A stretch of DNA of 24,550 nt from a virus (lineage: Duplodnaviria; Caudoviricetes): IMG/VR virus record IMGVR_UViG_3300035135_001954, positions 1 through 24,550 of that record. One strand, 5' to 3'. This document shows, piece by piece, positions 23,850 to 24,550 of this stretch (positions are counted from its first letter, which is position 1; each line of letters begins with the position of its first letter). Below the pieces are notes generated by a model that did no database searches, had not been told where the DNA came from, and worked only from the letters and a program-made list of their open reading frames with translations. Both the position numbers and the translations under genes were made by a program.

Positions 23850-24285
23850 ATGGATATTAAAGATGATTCAATAGTTGACAGTGTGATAGAATATGCTAAT
23901 ATGAAATTCGGTGTTGAACTTAGTGCTGACAACGTAAGCAAACAACTAAAACAATTTTCACTGGGTAAAACATTAGATATCATTGATGCAATCAAGCATA
24001 ATGATGATGAATTATTTTTAGACTACATTGACATCAGTGTTGAAGAAGCATACGGTACAGCAGGAACTGCTACAGCAAGTGCAGCTACAACGAGAAAACA
24101 AAATACATTAGCTAATCAGCGGAGAAAGATCAGTTGCTAGTGGGAATAAAGCAGCAACAGGTTCTCCAGCACCAAAAGACGATGACAGAGCAGAACGTGC
24201 AGCAAATAGCGCAGCAAGTGCAAGCAACAAAAGCGAAATAGATAGATTAAAAGACTTAGTAATGAAGGTCGCAAATAGAAAATGA
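23850..24285 (+). pseudogene. Late gene interrupted by a +1 frame break near 24112-24137
   Basis: Frame 0 stops at TAG 24138-24140. The +1 frame is open 24112-24285 with the same Ala/Ser-rich style (GERSVASGNKAATGSPAPKDDDRAERAAN..EIDRLKDLVMKVANRK) and ends in an ATGA overlap with the next gene. Confidence 0.7.
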
Positions 24286-24509
24286 AACTCGTAGAAACAC
24301 CAGGCGGAATTAGTGTAATCTTGTCTAATAGAGAGTACAAGATGTGGGAAAGCCTGTGTGAAGAAAAATGTAAAAGCGATTTAACTGAGAGAGAATTATA
24401 CCTTGCACAGTCAATGTGCAGCAAAGGTGTAGTAAAGCGTATAACCAGAGAAGGTAAAACGTATTTTAGTCGTATCAAGAGTAGTCTTGACGAATGCGGT
24501 AGTCATTAA
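24282..24509 (+). CDS. Hypothetical protein (75 aa), possibly winged-helix-like
   Basis: LTERELYLAQSMCSKGVVKR..EGKTYF shows a helix followed by a beta-hairpin. ATGA coupling. Confidence 0.65.
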   Translation: MKLVETPGGISVILSNREYKMWESLCEEKCKSDLTERELYLAQSMCSKGVVKRITREGKTYFSRIKSSLDECGSH

Positions 24510-24521
24510 AGGAGCCAAACA

Positions 24522-24550
24522 ATGCCATCAGCAGAAGAAACACGTGCAAT
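24522..24550 (+). CDS. Start of the next gene, truncated by the window edge
   Basis: AAGGAG at 24509-24514, then ATG CCA TCA GCA GAA GAA ACA CGT GCA (MPSAEETRA). Confidence 0.6.

Noticed and set aside
24138-24149. TAG reassignment or readthrough explaining the short 23850 ORF
   Set aside because: Readthrough adds only TGG GAA before TAA, and the gp41 helicase ends normally at TAG, so the standard code fits.
24122-24241. -1 frameshift product at GGAGAAAG
   Set aside because: The -1 frame is open only to TAG 24239-24241 and gives a Gln-rich shadow of GCA codons, with no coupling to the next gene. The site is not a canonical X XXY YYZ heptamer.
157-24478. Numerous 60-160 aa minus-strand and alternate-frame ORFs in the track (e.g. 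772-1164, 3463-3732, 16303-16716, 22533-23015, 24137-24478)
   Set aside because: They are shadows of well-supported + strand genes, with no RBS or promoter and atypical composition.
1-24550. tRNA, rRNA, IS elements, integrase, inteins in terminase, helicases or UvsX
   Set aside because: Intergenic gaps are short and explained by promoters and terminators. The core proteins have normal lengths with no insertions.

Overview
This window is a gene-dense, AT-rich (roughly 35-38% GC by eye) piece of a large T4-related tailed phage genome, probably jumbo-type. It carries the 3' part of the large terminase and a replication/recombination core: gp32 SSB, UvsX, UvsY, an AAA+ ATPase, UvsW, a putative clamp-loader small subunit, primase and DnaB/gp41 helicase. 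Between these sit putative late/virion genes preceded by a T4-late-like (A/C)TAAATA(C) promoter, and AT-richer accessory enzymes: a 2OG-Fe(II) oxygenase, a methyltransferase, two atypical SGNH-like proteins and a tandem paralog pair. All credible genes but one are on the + strand. Main observations: (1) a 193-aa miniature DNA polymerase III alpha (family C)-like protein that keeps the three catalytic Asp motifs, is translationally coupled to a C2H2-like zinc-finger protein, and overlaps tail-to-tail with the only minus-strand, late-promoter gene; (2) an AGGC/10-mer repeat leader on gp32; (3) apparently leaderless transcripts for UvsW, primase and several late genes; (4) a late KxDG ligase-like protein; (5) an unannotated 41-aa ORF; (6) a +1 frame break near 24120. 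No tRNA, rRNA, CRISPR array, intron, intein or IS element was recognised. All family calls come from motif recognition by eye, not database searches.
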